Source of the DNA: Synergistaceae bacterium | GTDB lineage: Bacteria > Synergistota > Synergistia > Synergistales > Aminobacteriaceae | Reading direction: 5' to 3' | DNA: 32,217 nucleotides | Assembly: GCA_031273365.1 (NCBI GenBank) | Contig: JAISSA010000252.1 | Coordinates: 1-32,217 of the forward strand | Shown: positions 1-7,859 of the stretch, piece by piece | Layout of the letters: every line of letters begins with the position of its first letter | Numbering within the stretch: the first letter of the stretch is position 1 | Notes under the pieces: model-generated | Seen by the model: only the letters and a program-made list of their open reading frames with translations | The model's database searches: none | What the model was told of the DNA's origin: nothing | Position numbers and translations under genes: made by a program

Positions 1-732
1 ATTATGGAAGACAACTACCGGGCGGCGCACCCGTTTTTCGAGGACATTTTGAGACTGGACGAACGGCGCTGCGTCCAAAAAACCGCGTCGGACGTGGGGG
101 GATGGGTGAAACGCCTTCTCACGACCGCGATAAAAAACCGCCGGAACATCGTCCTCGAGGACGAGATGAGCAACGGGGATCTGCTGATAAACGTCATCGA
201 TCGCCTGAGAGACGAGGGCTATCGGGTCGATGTGCTGGTTATGGCGGTGGGGAGCGAGGTCAGCAGGCTGGGCATTCTGGAGCGCTGCGAAGGCCAGAGA
301 GAAGACGGCGGTTATGGCCTCTGGACGAACCTGGAATTGCACAACAGGGTGTACGCCGGCATTCCCGAGGCGGTAAAAAGGGTCGAAGTCAGGGGCCGCG
401 TCGAGAGCGTCGGGGTTTATAACCGCGCCGGCGAGATTCTCTACAAAAACGTCAGCAGAGACGGTGTTTACACGAAGCCGTTCCCGGACGCATACGCCGC
501 GATCATGAAAGAGCGCGGCAGGTCGCTCTCCCAGGAAGAAGAGACGAGCATCCGTGAGGGCTGTAAAGAGCTTCTGGCGAAAATGAAGCGGCGCGGCGCC
601 TCCCCGGGGGAGCTGGCGCACGCGATGAGCGTTCTGGGCAATACCCGTCAGCTTCGCAGGGAACTGGAGGGCATCGGATTCAACTGTATCGAAACCGATC
701 GCGAGATGGCGCAGAGTCTGTTCGCGTCGTAA
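1..732 (+). CDS. Zeta-toxin family P-loop kinase, 5'-truncated by the window edge
   Basis: The frame is open from nt 1, so the N-terminus including the Walker A motif lies outside the window. The translation shows zeta-toxin-type blocks: DNYRAAHP, NIVLEDEMSNGD, GYRVDVLVMAV..SRLGILERC, HNRVY. Stop TAA at 730-732. Confidence 0.6.
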   Translation: MMEDNYRAAHPFFEDILRLDERRCVQKTASDVGGWVKRLLTTAIKNRRNIVLEDEMSNGDLLINVIDRLRDEGYRVDVLVMAVGSEVSRLGILERCEGQREDGGYGLWTNLELHNRVYAGIPEAVKRVEVRGRVESVGVYNRAGEILYKNVSRDGVYTKPFPDAYAAIMKERGRSLSQEEETSIREGCKELLAKMKRRGASPGELAHAMSVLGNTRQLRRELEGIGFNCIETDREMAQSLFAS

Positions 733-768
733 GTTGCCACACAGGAAAGAAAGGGCTTAATCATCCAG

Positions 769-808
769 ACTCAGGGGGGCAGGGAGACATGCCCCCCCCT
801 CGCCCGCA
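769..808. repeat. GC-rich palindromic intergenic repeat, family C copy 1
   Basis: ACTCAGGGGGGCAGGGAGACATGCCCCCCCCTCGCCCGC. Contains the stem GGGGGGCA/TGCCCCCC. Its CTCAGGGGGGCAGGG...CCCCTCGCCCGC frame recurs at 26146-26180. Confidence 0.5.
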
Positions 809-883
809 ATTTGTATCTCCGTCGATCCTGAAATCGATCACAAAACCGTTATCCCACGGATAAAAAGACCCTGCCCCTACAGG

Positions 884-889
884 TATAAT
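884..889 (+). promoter_or_regulatory. Candidate -10 box (TATAAT) for the RHH/ParE cassette
   Basis: Perfect TATAAT about 29 nt upstream of the TTG start at 918, followed by the AT-rich TAGTATATATAAC and the SD sequence AAAGGGGG. No convincing -35 box. Confidence 0.3.
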
Positions 890-917
890 AGTATATATAA
901 CTAAAGGGGGTTATAGT

Positions 918-1208
918 TTGAGCAGTCGAGTGATTTTGAACCTGAACGAGCAATTAATACATTGCCTGGACGTCGAAAAAGACCGGACCGGAGCCACGCG
1001 AAACAGTATTGTGACGCGCATACTGGAAAAGTACTTTACAGAACAACAGGAAAAGCAGCGGCTTTATGACGAGTGGTTCATGGCAGAAGTAGAGAAAGGC
1101 ATAAAATCCGCCAGAGAGGAACCGTTGATTGAACATGAAGAAGCAGTCAACCAGATTCACGCCATTATAGCCAATGCTCGAAAAGAACATGCGGCTCAAG
1201 TGGTCTGA
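918..1208 (+). CDS. Ribbon-helix-helix (CopG/ParD-like) type II antitoxin
   Basis: TTG start preceded by AAAGGGGG. The N-terminus RVILNLNEQLIHCLDVEKDRTGATRNSIVTRILEKYF fits a beta-strand/helix/helix RHH pattern. Small protein whose 3' end overlaps the downstream ParE-type toxin gene. Confidence 0.7.
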   Translation: MSSRVILNLNEQLIHCLDVEKDRTGATRNSIVTRILEKYFTEQQEKQRLYDEWFMAEVEKGIKSAREEPLIEHEEAVNQIHAIIANARKEHAAQVV

Positions 1209-1470
1209 ATATGCACTTTCTAAGTATAGCGAACAAATAGACTATATCGCTTCACGCAACCCAACTGCGGCGGCAGAAATTGAGGCAGCTATCGAAAAAA
1301 CACTGAACAGGATTTTAATGTTTCCACGCATGGGGCGTATTGGACGCTATCCCGATACGTTTGAGTGTTCCGTAAAAAAAGCTCCTTTGATTATTGTATA
1401 TGAATTACATGAAGAAATTATAATTGTATTGAACATTTTACATATGGCTCAGGACTATCAGTCACATTAG
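1189..1470 (+). CDS. RelE/ParE-family type II toxin
   Basis: MRLKWSEYALSKYSEQIDYIASRNP..MFPRMGR..PLIIVYELHEEIIIVLNILHMAQ matches the ParE_toxin family layout. The ATG at 1189 overlaps the antitoxin by 20 nt; an alternative ATG lies at 1174. Strongly AT-rich compared with its flanks. Confidence 0.75.
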   Translation: MRLKWSEYALSKYSEQIDYIASRNPTAAAEIEAAIEKTLNRILMFPRMGRIGRYPDTFECSVKKAPLIIVYELHEEIIIVLNILHMAQDYQSH

Positions 1471-1610
1471 GGGCCAGCTCACAATTTGGTCAAGAAGACC
1501 CATGTTTTCTTTTCATGCTTATATTACCGATTCCCTGTGTCGAAAGAGACCATCTGCTATCTCCCTTTTCGGCACCCCTAATAAAAAGTGTTTACTTCGT
1601 TATTTTGTCG

Positions 1611-1641
1611 ATTGCGGAACCAGAATTTCAGATTCCGCAAT
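1611..1641. terminator. Hairpin between convergent parE-like and BMP genes
   Basis: Perfect 9-bp inverted repeat ATTGCGGAA (1611-1619) / TTCCGCAAT (1633-1641). There is no clean U-tract on either strand, so terminator function is uncertain. Confidence 0.3.
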
Positions 1642-1702
1642 CAATAATATGATCAGACTTAAAATTCAATATGAGGTAAACATCCGTTTGTCACTCAGCA
1701 GA

Positions 1703-2782
1703 TTATTGCGGAACCTCTCCCAGCACACCCTCGACGAACCAGTTCATACTCCAGACGTCGTCGTCGGACATTTTCTCGCCGTCTCCGATCTTCACCGTCC
1801 CGGACTGATCCCTGATGGGGCCGGCGAAGACGTTGTCCTCTCCGGCGGTAATGCGGGCTTTCTCGGCGTCCACCATTTCGCGAACCTCCCCGGGAACGGC
1901 CGGACCGTACGGGGCAAGGTCGACCACGCCCTCCTTAAGCCCCCACCAGATGGCCTCGGACTTCCAGGTTCCATCCGCCACCTGCCGGATGACGGGCGCA
2001 AAGAGCTTTTCCCAGTTCCAGACCGGCGCGGTAAGGTGCATCGTGGGCGCGTACTGGCTCATGTCGTTGTTGTAACCGATGACCCAGGTTTTGGCCTCTT
2101 CGCAGGCCTGAGCTACGGCACCCGTGTCCGCGTGCATGGCCAGAACGTCGCAGCCGGACTCGATCAGCGCCCTGGCCGCCTCCTTCTCCCTGCCGGGATC
2201 GAACCATGAAAACAGCCACACGACCCTGACGGTCGCCTTCGGGTTGACGCGGCGGACGCCCAGGGTGAACGCGTTGATCATGCGAATGACCTCCGGGATC
2301 GGATGGGCGGCGACGTAGCCGATGTTGCCGCTCTTGCTCACGCTGCCGGCCACGAGTCCGGATAGGTAACGCGGCTGATACATGCGGCCGAACATCGTTC
2401 CGACGTTGTCGGCGCGCTTATAACCGGACGCGTGCATAAAAACGACGTCGGGGTACTTCTGCGCCACCTCCTGAACGAAGTCCATGTAGCCGAACGTGCA
2501 GGCGAAGATGAGTTTCGATTTGTTCTGGCGAATGAGCCGTTCCATGACGGGAACGACCTCCGGGCCCTCGCCCACGGATTCGACGATGGTGCTCTTCAGG
2601 CCGGGAAACTGCCCGTCCACCGCCCGCCGCCCCACATCCTGCATATAGGTCCATCCACCGTCGCCGACGGGGCCGATATAGACGTAACCAGGGTTGATTT
2701 CTTCCACGGGAACGGCGGCCGCCATCCCTCCGGCGAGAGTCATGGCCGGCACGACCAGCAACAACAGAACCAGCTTCTTCAT
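1703..2782 (-). CDS. BMP-family (PnrA/Med-like) ABC transporter substrate-binding protein, probably nucleoside-binding
   Basis: 359 aa with a signal peptide MKKLVLLLLVVPAMTLAGG. Similar to the BMP family over the whole length (GYVYIGPVGDGGW, FGYMD, GYVAAHPIPEV, AFTLG, VIGYNNDM). SD sequence AGGAGG upstream. Confidence 0.85.
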   Translation of the reverse strand: MKKLVLLLLVVPAMTLAGGMAAAVPVEEINPGYVYIGPVGDGGWTYMQDVGRRAVDGQFPGLKSTIVESVGEGPEVVPVMERLIRQNKSKLIFACTFGYMDFVQEVAQKYPDVVFMHASGYKRADNVGTMFGRMYQPRYLSGLVAGSVSKSGNIGYVAAHPIPEVIRMINAFTLGVRRVNPKATVRVVWLFSWFDPGREKEAARALIESGCDVLAMHADTGAVAQACEEAKTWVIGYNNDMSQYAPTMHLTAPVWNWEKLFAPVIRQVADGTWKSEAIWWGLKEGVVDLAPYGPAVPGEVREMVDAEKARITAGEDNVFAGPIRDQSGTVKIGDGEKMSDDDVWSMNWFVEGVLGEVPQ

Positions 2783-2819
2783 CTATAAGACCTCCTGTGC
2801 AAATTTACTGCCTTCCGCG

Positions 2820-2825
2820 ATTATA
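2820..2825 (-). promoter_or_regulatory. Candidate extended -10 promoter (TGaTATAAT on the minus strand) for the BMP gene
   Basis: The minus strand reads GCTGATATAATCGCGG about 38 nt upstream of the ATG at 2782. A perfect 12-bp palindrome TTTCTATAGAAA (2864-2875) lies just upstream of it. Confidence 0.3.
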
Positions 2826-2941
2826 TCAGCGAATCGCATCGTCAGCCATAAAGTGAAAAGAAGTTTCTATAGAAATTCAGAAGTTTGTGCAGGAACATGG
2901 AGTTTGCATAATTCGGCGTTGCGCATAAGTTCCGTTGTTTT

Positions 2942-3868
2942 TTACCGCTCCACCCGCACCAGGGCCCCACTGATCCAGCCTTCCCGGTTGCTGTTCTCGA
3001 GGCGGATACGGTACCATACGCTCCCGAATTTGTCCGTCCCCTGCTCCAGGATCGAGAAGCGATCGCCCTTTCGACCCCATCCGACGACGTTGGAGGTGTC
3101 CGATGTATCGGGGGCCGAACGAACTCTTACGGAGTTGCCGGAAACGACGCCCCACTGGAGGGCTCTTCCCTCCGATGTCCCGATTGCGCTGTCCGCCGAG
3201 GGGACGGAAAGCGTGGAGGGAATCTCCACGATCGTCACCTCGGGCTCTTCAGGACCGGCAGTGCTGACAGCCTCCCCGGACAGGCCGGAAGAGACGATTT
3301 CCAGCGAAGGCGGCAGGGCGCTCCTCTCCAGAGAGACGGGAGCCGGCGTTCCCGGAATGGCCGGCTGCCGTCCCGGCGCCCCGTCGTTTCCAGGGAGGCT
3401 CAGGCTTACGGGCGTCGCGTCCCCTGTTGCATCCTGCGACGCAACGTCGTCCGATACGGGCATTTTCGGTATCGGAAGGACGGGAAGGGAAGCGGATTCC
3501 TCCTCCGACGAAAGAAATAAGATGCCCCACAGCGTCGAAATTTCCTCCCGCGCCGCACGCACGTATCGACCTCCCAGGCCGTCGGGCCACTCCGAAGCGA
3601 AAAAAGCCGCCCCGCTCGCTATGCCGACGACAAGCAACACCACGAACAGAAAACACCCGCAGCCTTTTTTCCTCGAGTCCGGTTCGTCGAAGAATTCTTC
3701 CTCCGAGTCTTCCTCGTCGCGACTGTGGCTCGCGTGATGCGAGAGGTCGAAACCGCTCTCCCGGAGGATGTTGATGCGCGCGATGCGAAATTCGCTTTCC
3801 GTAATGTATTTTGCCTGTAAAAGATCGTAAAGTTCCTCCAGTCGCTGTTTTGTGTTCCTGGATTCCAT
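2942..3868 (-). CDS. Membrane protein with N-terminal SHOCT-like motif, one TM helix, Pro/Ser-rich linker and C-terminal bacterial SH3 domain
   Basis: RLEELYDLLQAKYITESEFRIARINIL resembles SHOCT. The TM helix is CGCFLFVVLLVVGIASGAAFF. The C-terminus GVVSGNSVRVRSAPDTS..VVGWGRKGDRFSILEQG..WYRIRLENSNREGWISGALV resembles SH3_3. SD sequence GGAGGGA upstream. Confidence 0.6.
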   Translation of the reverse strand: MESRNTKQRLEELYDLLQAKYITESEFRIARINILRESGFDLSHHASHSRDEEDSEEEFFDEPDSRKKGCGCFLFVVLLVVGIASGAAFFASEWPDGLGGRYVRAAREEISTLWGILFLSSEEESASLPVLPIPKMPVSDDVASQDATGDATPVSLSLPGNDGAPGRQPAIPGTPAPVSLERSALPPSLEIVSSGLSGEAVSTAGPEEPEVTIVEIPSTLSVPSADSAIGTSEGRALQWGVVSGNSVRVRSAPDTSDTSNVVGWGRKGDRFSILEQGTDKFGSVWYRIRLENSNREGWISGALVRVER

Positions 3869-3926
3869 GCGTGCAATCCCTCCGCCTGTTGGTTTCTCAG
3901 ACTCCCGTCCCGTTCCCGCAGACCGG

Positions 3927-3946
3927 GGGGCTTCGTCCGAAGCCCC
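3927..3946. terminator. GC hairpin between the TamB-like and SHOCT/SH3 genes
   Basis: GGGGCTTC-GTCC-GAAGCCCC, a perfect 8-bp stem. There is no U-tract on the minus strand, so it may be an attenuator or RNA-stability element rather than a terminator. Confidence 0.3.
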
Positions 3947-3960
3947 TTCGTCCGACTAAG

Positions 3961-6900
3961 CTACTTCTTTCTAAAGATGCTGTCAATACCTTTGCGGATT
4001 TGATCCTCTATCTGTTGCTGCTGCTGTTGCTTCTGATTCGGCTGTTTCTGGCTCGGCTGCTTCTGGTTCGGCTGAGACTGCTGTTCCTGCCCGGAAGTTT
4101 TTTGCTGTTTGCTCTCGGGCGCTATGACGTCCCTGATTTTTTCTCTGAGAATTTCCTCCGGTTTCGCGGGCGCGGGTGCGGGCGTGGGCGCGGCAGGCGC
4201 GCCACCGGCCGGAGCGGTCGGAGCAGCAGGAGCCGCCGGGGAGGCAGGAGCGGCGGGGGAGGTTGTTGTTTTCTGGTTTTGAGCCTGAGCCGAAGGGCCG
4301 ACCTTCACGATGGAGACCGACGGGTTATCCGCGGTGCCGGTAATCTTAACCGTAATATCCCGGAAATCCGCGGACTGAGCGGATTCTTTCGCGCCGCCAA
4401 GCGCGCTTTTCAGGACGGACTCCAGATTTTTCCCCCTGAAGATGTCCTGAACGGCGCCGCTTTTCGCCAGCGCCTCGGCTCCGCCGAGAGCGCCTCCGGC
4501 CAGAGCGTTGATCAACTGGAAGTTGACGTTGCCTCCGGCCACGAAGTAGAGTTTTTTCTCGAACGTGAACGCGCCATCTTCCGTCAGCGCGGCGGACCTG
4601 TAGATCGGATCGTTGGACGGAGGCGTCGCCGACGCCCCCCTGCCGATGATGAGCCTGTTCGTCTCGAGCCGCAGGGGGGCCGTCACTTTGGTGTAGCGGA
4701 TTCCGTTTGTGCCGTGCAGCCGGGTCAGCGCGTCGAGGCCGGAGAAGCCGGTAATGCTGCCCTCTCCCATTGTGAACTGACCACTGCCGGAATACGTCAG
4801 GTTTTTGGCCGCGCTGCCGTCGATCTTCATGGAAAGATTGCCTTTACCCGTGATCTTTCCGCCCAGCCCGCCCGACGCGTCCTGCAGCACCGCGTTGACG
4901 TCGAAGCCGCCGGCGGTCAGAGATTCGCTGAATTTCACGGCGTCGACATTGAAGGTCAGGCTGTTCGTGACTTTGCCGCCGTAGAAGTTGAACGTCCCCT
5001 TCTCCGACTTCAGAACATTGCCGGACAGGGCCAGCGGAAGGCTGATATCGGAGAGCTTCAGTCCAAACGCCGTTACGGCCGCGGATCTGATGCTTCCCGT
5101 CCCGCTGTTGCCCTGCGCCGTCGATTTGACGTTGAATTTCAGGTCGACCTTCCCAGCGATCTGCCCCTTCATGTCGGGAAGCCCCGCAGTCAGCGCCGCA
5201 AGGTCCAGTCCATTCCCCGCGATGTCGAGGTCCGCTTTGAACGGATCACTCAGCGCGACGGTCCCTGTCGCGGAAAGGGGCGCTCCCCCGATGTTCGCCC
5301 GGAAGTCGTTGATCTTCAGGGCGTTCATGTTGCCCGTAACGTCGGCCGTCAGGCCCGTCGCCGCAAGTCCCTCGACGGTTATGCCCGGAGACTGCGCCGT
5401 GAAGGATATCGACGGATTGGACGAGGCCCCCTTCACGCCGATTTTTCCGGAAAGAAGACCCGTGAGCGAGACGCCGAGCCCGCCGCCCTTCGCCAGCGGA
5501 GCGAGGTCCAGCCGGCTGATGTCGAACGCCACGTCCAGATTCGCGCCGCCCGCGTTGAGGGCGATCGTTCCGCCGCCCGTCACGGAGCCCTCGCCGCTTT
5601 TCGCGGAGACGTTTTCGAGCCTGACCTGTGTTCCGTTCTTTCTGATCGTCGCGGAAAGGTTCTGCAGGCCCGCTCCGGCCGCCGCGACGCTCCCGGCTTT
5701 GAGGTTCAGGTCGATTTTATCGAGTTTGCTCAGGTCGCCGGCGATGCTGGTGGTGGCCTCCAGATTTTTGACGGTGAGGACGTCAAACGCCGCGAGCGAG
5801 GGAGACGAGGCCACCAGATCGATCTTCGGCGACGGCAGTTTCCCCGTGATCTTCACGCCCGCGCTGATGTCGCCCTGCAGTTTATAGCTCGCGATGTCGG
5901 GCACGAACTGCTTCAGGCTGGCCGGTTTAAAGGCGAGCTGCGCCGTCATGTTGACCGACGGCGTTTTTGAGGTCAGGGGCCCGAGCGTCCCGCTCACCCT
6001 GATGGGAAATCCACTCCAGGTTCCGCCGCTGTTGGTGAGCGTCAGGATATTTTTGTCCCAGGCAAAGGTGACCGACGGTTTATCCAGCGCGTATCCGAGG
6101 GCGGAAAATTTGGGGCTGCTGACCGTCCCGCTCACCGAGGGGGCGTTGGCTTTGCCCTTTATCGTCAGATCGGCGGTCAGCGCACCCGAAAGGGCGTGCT
6201 TCTTCCCGTCCGGGATGAGGTCCTCGACCTTTTTGACGTCGAGGTTCAGCACTTTCAGCGTCAGGTTCAGCCCGGGATCGGTCAAAATCCGCGTCACGGA
6301 GCCCTGGAGGTAGCCCTGTGCGCCCTCGAGGACAAATTTACCGCTGACCGTAGCGGTGTCGCTTTTCGCCAGCTTGACCTGCGTGGCCAGACCCGTAATG
6401 CGTCGTCCCATGAGGACGATGTCCGGGGCCGAAAGTTCGATCGTTCCGGACAACTCATTGGTCGGCCCCTGAATGTTGACGGTGAAGCGTTCCACCTTCC
6501 CGGCGACCCGCCCGATCTCCGGATAAAGCCTGGCCAGTTCGCTCAGGGGCGCGTCGCTGCCGTCCAGCCTGATCATGACGGATGGAACGGCATCTGGCCT
6601 CATGCGCACGGCAATTTCGCCCTCGATGGGGATGCCCAGCGAGGAGGCCTTCACGTTGCTGGCAGTGAGGCGCATGTCGGAGTATTTCAGGTTGCCGGAA
6701 AGGCTTTCGAGCGGATATCCGCCGAGTTTCATTCCCCTGTAGCCGAGCGTCGCCGCAACCAGCAGAGCGCTGCCCTCGCCCTCGATCGAAAAGTCGATAT
6801 CCGCGGAGCCGCTGTAATCCGAGGACGCCAGAAAATCGGGCCAGAAGGCCGTTATTTCCGACAGGTCGATCGCTTTGAGACTTCCCTGGAAGTCGAAGGT

Positions 6901-7584
6901 CCCATGCGCCTCCCCGGAGGACCGGATATAGCCCGAGGAGACCAGAACGCCCCTGCCGACGTTCATTTCCACCCTGTTGACGCTGACGCTTTCCCCTCGA
7001 ACGTCGGCGTCGAGAGCGACCTTTACGGGGACCCCATTGACCGCGCCCGCAATGCTGACGTCCATCAGCGTGCCTCTGATGCGCGCCCCAACGTCATCGA
7101 CGAAGATCTGTCCCCATTTGGAGGTGAAACGACTGTCCCTCAGGCTGATGAGGTCGATCGGGATCTCTCCTCCGCCTTCGGACTCCGGGAATTTGATTTT
7201 GTTGAACTCCGTCACGAACCTGTCGAGGTCCATCTCCACTCCGCTGACCGTCAGGCTGGAAAGCCGCGGCGACCCCCTCAGCAGCGACGCGAAGTTGACG
7301 CCGACCCCGAGGCTTCTGGCTGAAAACAACGGCTCACCCTGCTCGGACGCGAGCGCGACGTCGCTGAAGGTGTAGCCTCTGACGGGGTTGCCGTGCGCCT
7401 CACGAACGGACATCCGTATTCCGGTCTGCTCCCGGATCATCTTTCCCACAAAGTTTGCGACCATGTCCCCCGCGATGTCGACGAAGGAAAAGAGAATCGC
7501 CGCCACGACGACCAGCGCGAATACGACGCACAAAATCTGCGGAAGAATTCCGCGCCGGCCGACTTTTTTTCTTTGTCTGCGCAT
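3961..7584 (-). CDS. TamB/AsmA-like translocation-and-assembly-module protein (N-terminal anchor, long beta-rich body, low-complexity tail)
   Basis: 1207 aa. N-terminal TM anchor ILPQILCVVFALVVVAAILF. About 1000 aa of repetitive G/S/T/V/L beta-strand-like sequence typical of TamB/DUF490 proteins. The C-terminus is a Pro/Ala linker followed by a Gln/Lys-rich tail. I recognised the family by eye only. Confidence 0.6.
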   Translation of the reverse strand: MRRQRKKVGRRGILPQILCVVFALVVVAAILFSFVDIAGDMVANFVGKMIREQTGIRMSVREAHGNPVRGYTFSDVALASEQGEPLFSARSLGVGVNFASLLRGSPRLSSLTVSGVEMDLDRFVTEFNKIKFPESEGGGEIPIDLISLRDSRFTSKWGQIFVDDVGARIRGTLMDVSIAGAVNGVPVKVALDADVRGESVSVNRVEMNVGRGVLVSSGYIRSSGEAHGTFDFQGSLKAIDLSEITAFWPDFLASSDYSGSADIDFSIEGEGSALLVAATLGYRGMKLGGYPLESLSGNLKYSDMRLTASNVKASSLGIPIEGEIAVRMRPDAVPSVMIRLDGSDAPLSELARLYPEIGRVAGKVERFTVNIQGPTNELSGTIELSAPDIVLMGRRITGLATQVKLAKSDTATVSGKFVLEGAQGYLQGSVTRILTDPGLNLTLKVLNLDVKKVEDLIPDGKKHALSGALTADLTIKGKANAPSVSGTVSSPKFSALGYALDKPSVTFAWDKNILTLTNSGGTWSGFPIRVSGTLGPLTSKTPSVNMTAQLAFKPASLKQFVPDIASYKLQGDISAGVKITGKLPSPKIDLVASSPSLAAFDVLTVKNLEATTSIAGDLSKLDKIDLNLKAGSVAAAGAGLQNLSATIRKNGTQVRLENVSAKSGEGSVTGGGTIALNAGGANLDVAFDISRLDLAPLAKGGGLGVSLTGLLSGKIGVKGASSNPSISFTAQSPGITVEGLAATGLTADVTGNMNALKINDFRANIGGAPLSATGTVALSDPFKADLDIAGNGLDLAALTAGLPDMKGQIAGKVDLKFNVKSTAQGNSGTGSIRSAAVTAFGLKLSDISLPLALSGNVLKSEKGTFNFYGGKVTNSLTFNVDAVKFSESLTAGGFDVNAVLQDASGGLGGKITGKGNLSMKIDGSAAKNLTYSGSGQFTMGEGSITGFSGLDALTRLHGTNGIRYTKVTAPLRLETNRLIIGRGASATPPSNDPIYRSAALTEDGAFTFEKKLYFVAGGNVNFQLINALAGGALGGAEALAKSGAVQDIFRGKNLESVLKSALGGAKESAQSADFRDITVKITGTADNPSVSIVKVGPSAQAQNQKTTTSPAAPASPAAPAAPTAPAGGAPAAPTPAPAPAKPEEILREKIRDVIAPESKQQKTSGQEQQSQPNQKQPSQKQPNQKQQQQQQIEDQIRKGIDSIFRKK

Positions 7585-7859
7585 AAGATCACGTTCCTTT
7601 CAAATTTTGATCTTCTCAACCGATCTTCTCAACCGGTCTTTTCGACTTCCAGGCGTCTCATATCCCGGACCGCCAAAACGCTTCTTCACAGATTACCGCT
7701 TCCTGCTAATTATTACACCTTATTACACCAGGTCTGTCTCTTAAGATTTGATTTTTCTTTAAAATTTTTTCTTTAAATATAGAAAGATAAAATTTTTCCA
7801 CATCGATTTTACGCCCCCGCATTTGAGGAAAACATCCGTATAATATATGCCCGGGTAAC

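Noticed and set aside
1502-2209. 235-aa + strand ORF starting in the AT-rich spacer and running into the BMP gene antisense.
   Set aside because: Most of it is antisense to a well-supported BMP-family CDS. The product is low-complexity and has no SD sequence.
2811-2835. TATAATCGCGG on the minus strand resembles the 5' start of a purine riboswitch upstream of a nucleoside-binding protein gene.
   Set aside because: Only about 38 nt separate it from the start codon, which is far too short for an aptamer plus expression platform. The conserved loop motifs are also absent. It is better explained as an extended -10 promoter.
3811-5970. Very long ORFs antisense to or out of frame with real genes (for example 3811..5970 +, 16846..18969 -, 19013..20419 -, 23379..24857 -, 27066..28700 -, 31160..32206 -).
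   Set aside because: Their translations are Arg/Gly/Pro/Ala-rich low-complexity sequences typical of stop-poor wrong frames in GC-rich DNA. Each lies fully inside a gene with an unmistakable family signature (TamB-like, topA, trmFO, S55, ricT, purB).
7609-7729. Small perfect tandem duplications in the tamB-like/cobB divergent spacer: GATCTTCTCAACC x2 at 7609-7634, TTATTACACC x2 at 7710-7729 and TTTTCTTTAAA x2 nearby.
   Set aside because: They are real in the sequence and could be operators or slippage products. They are short, lie in AT-rich promoter DNA, and have no second locus to compare against. I cannot support a specific function.
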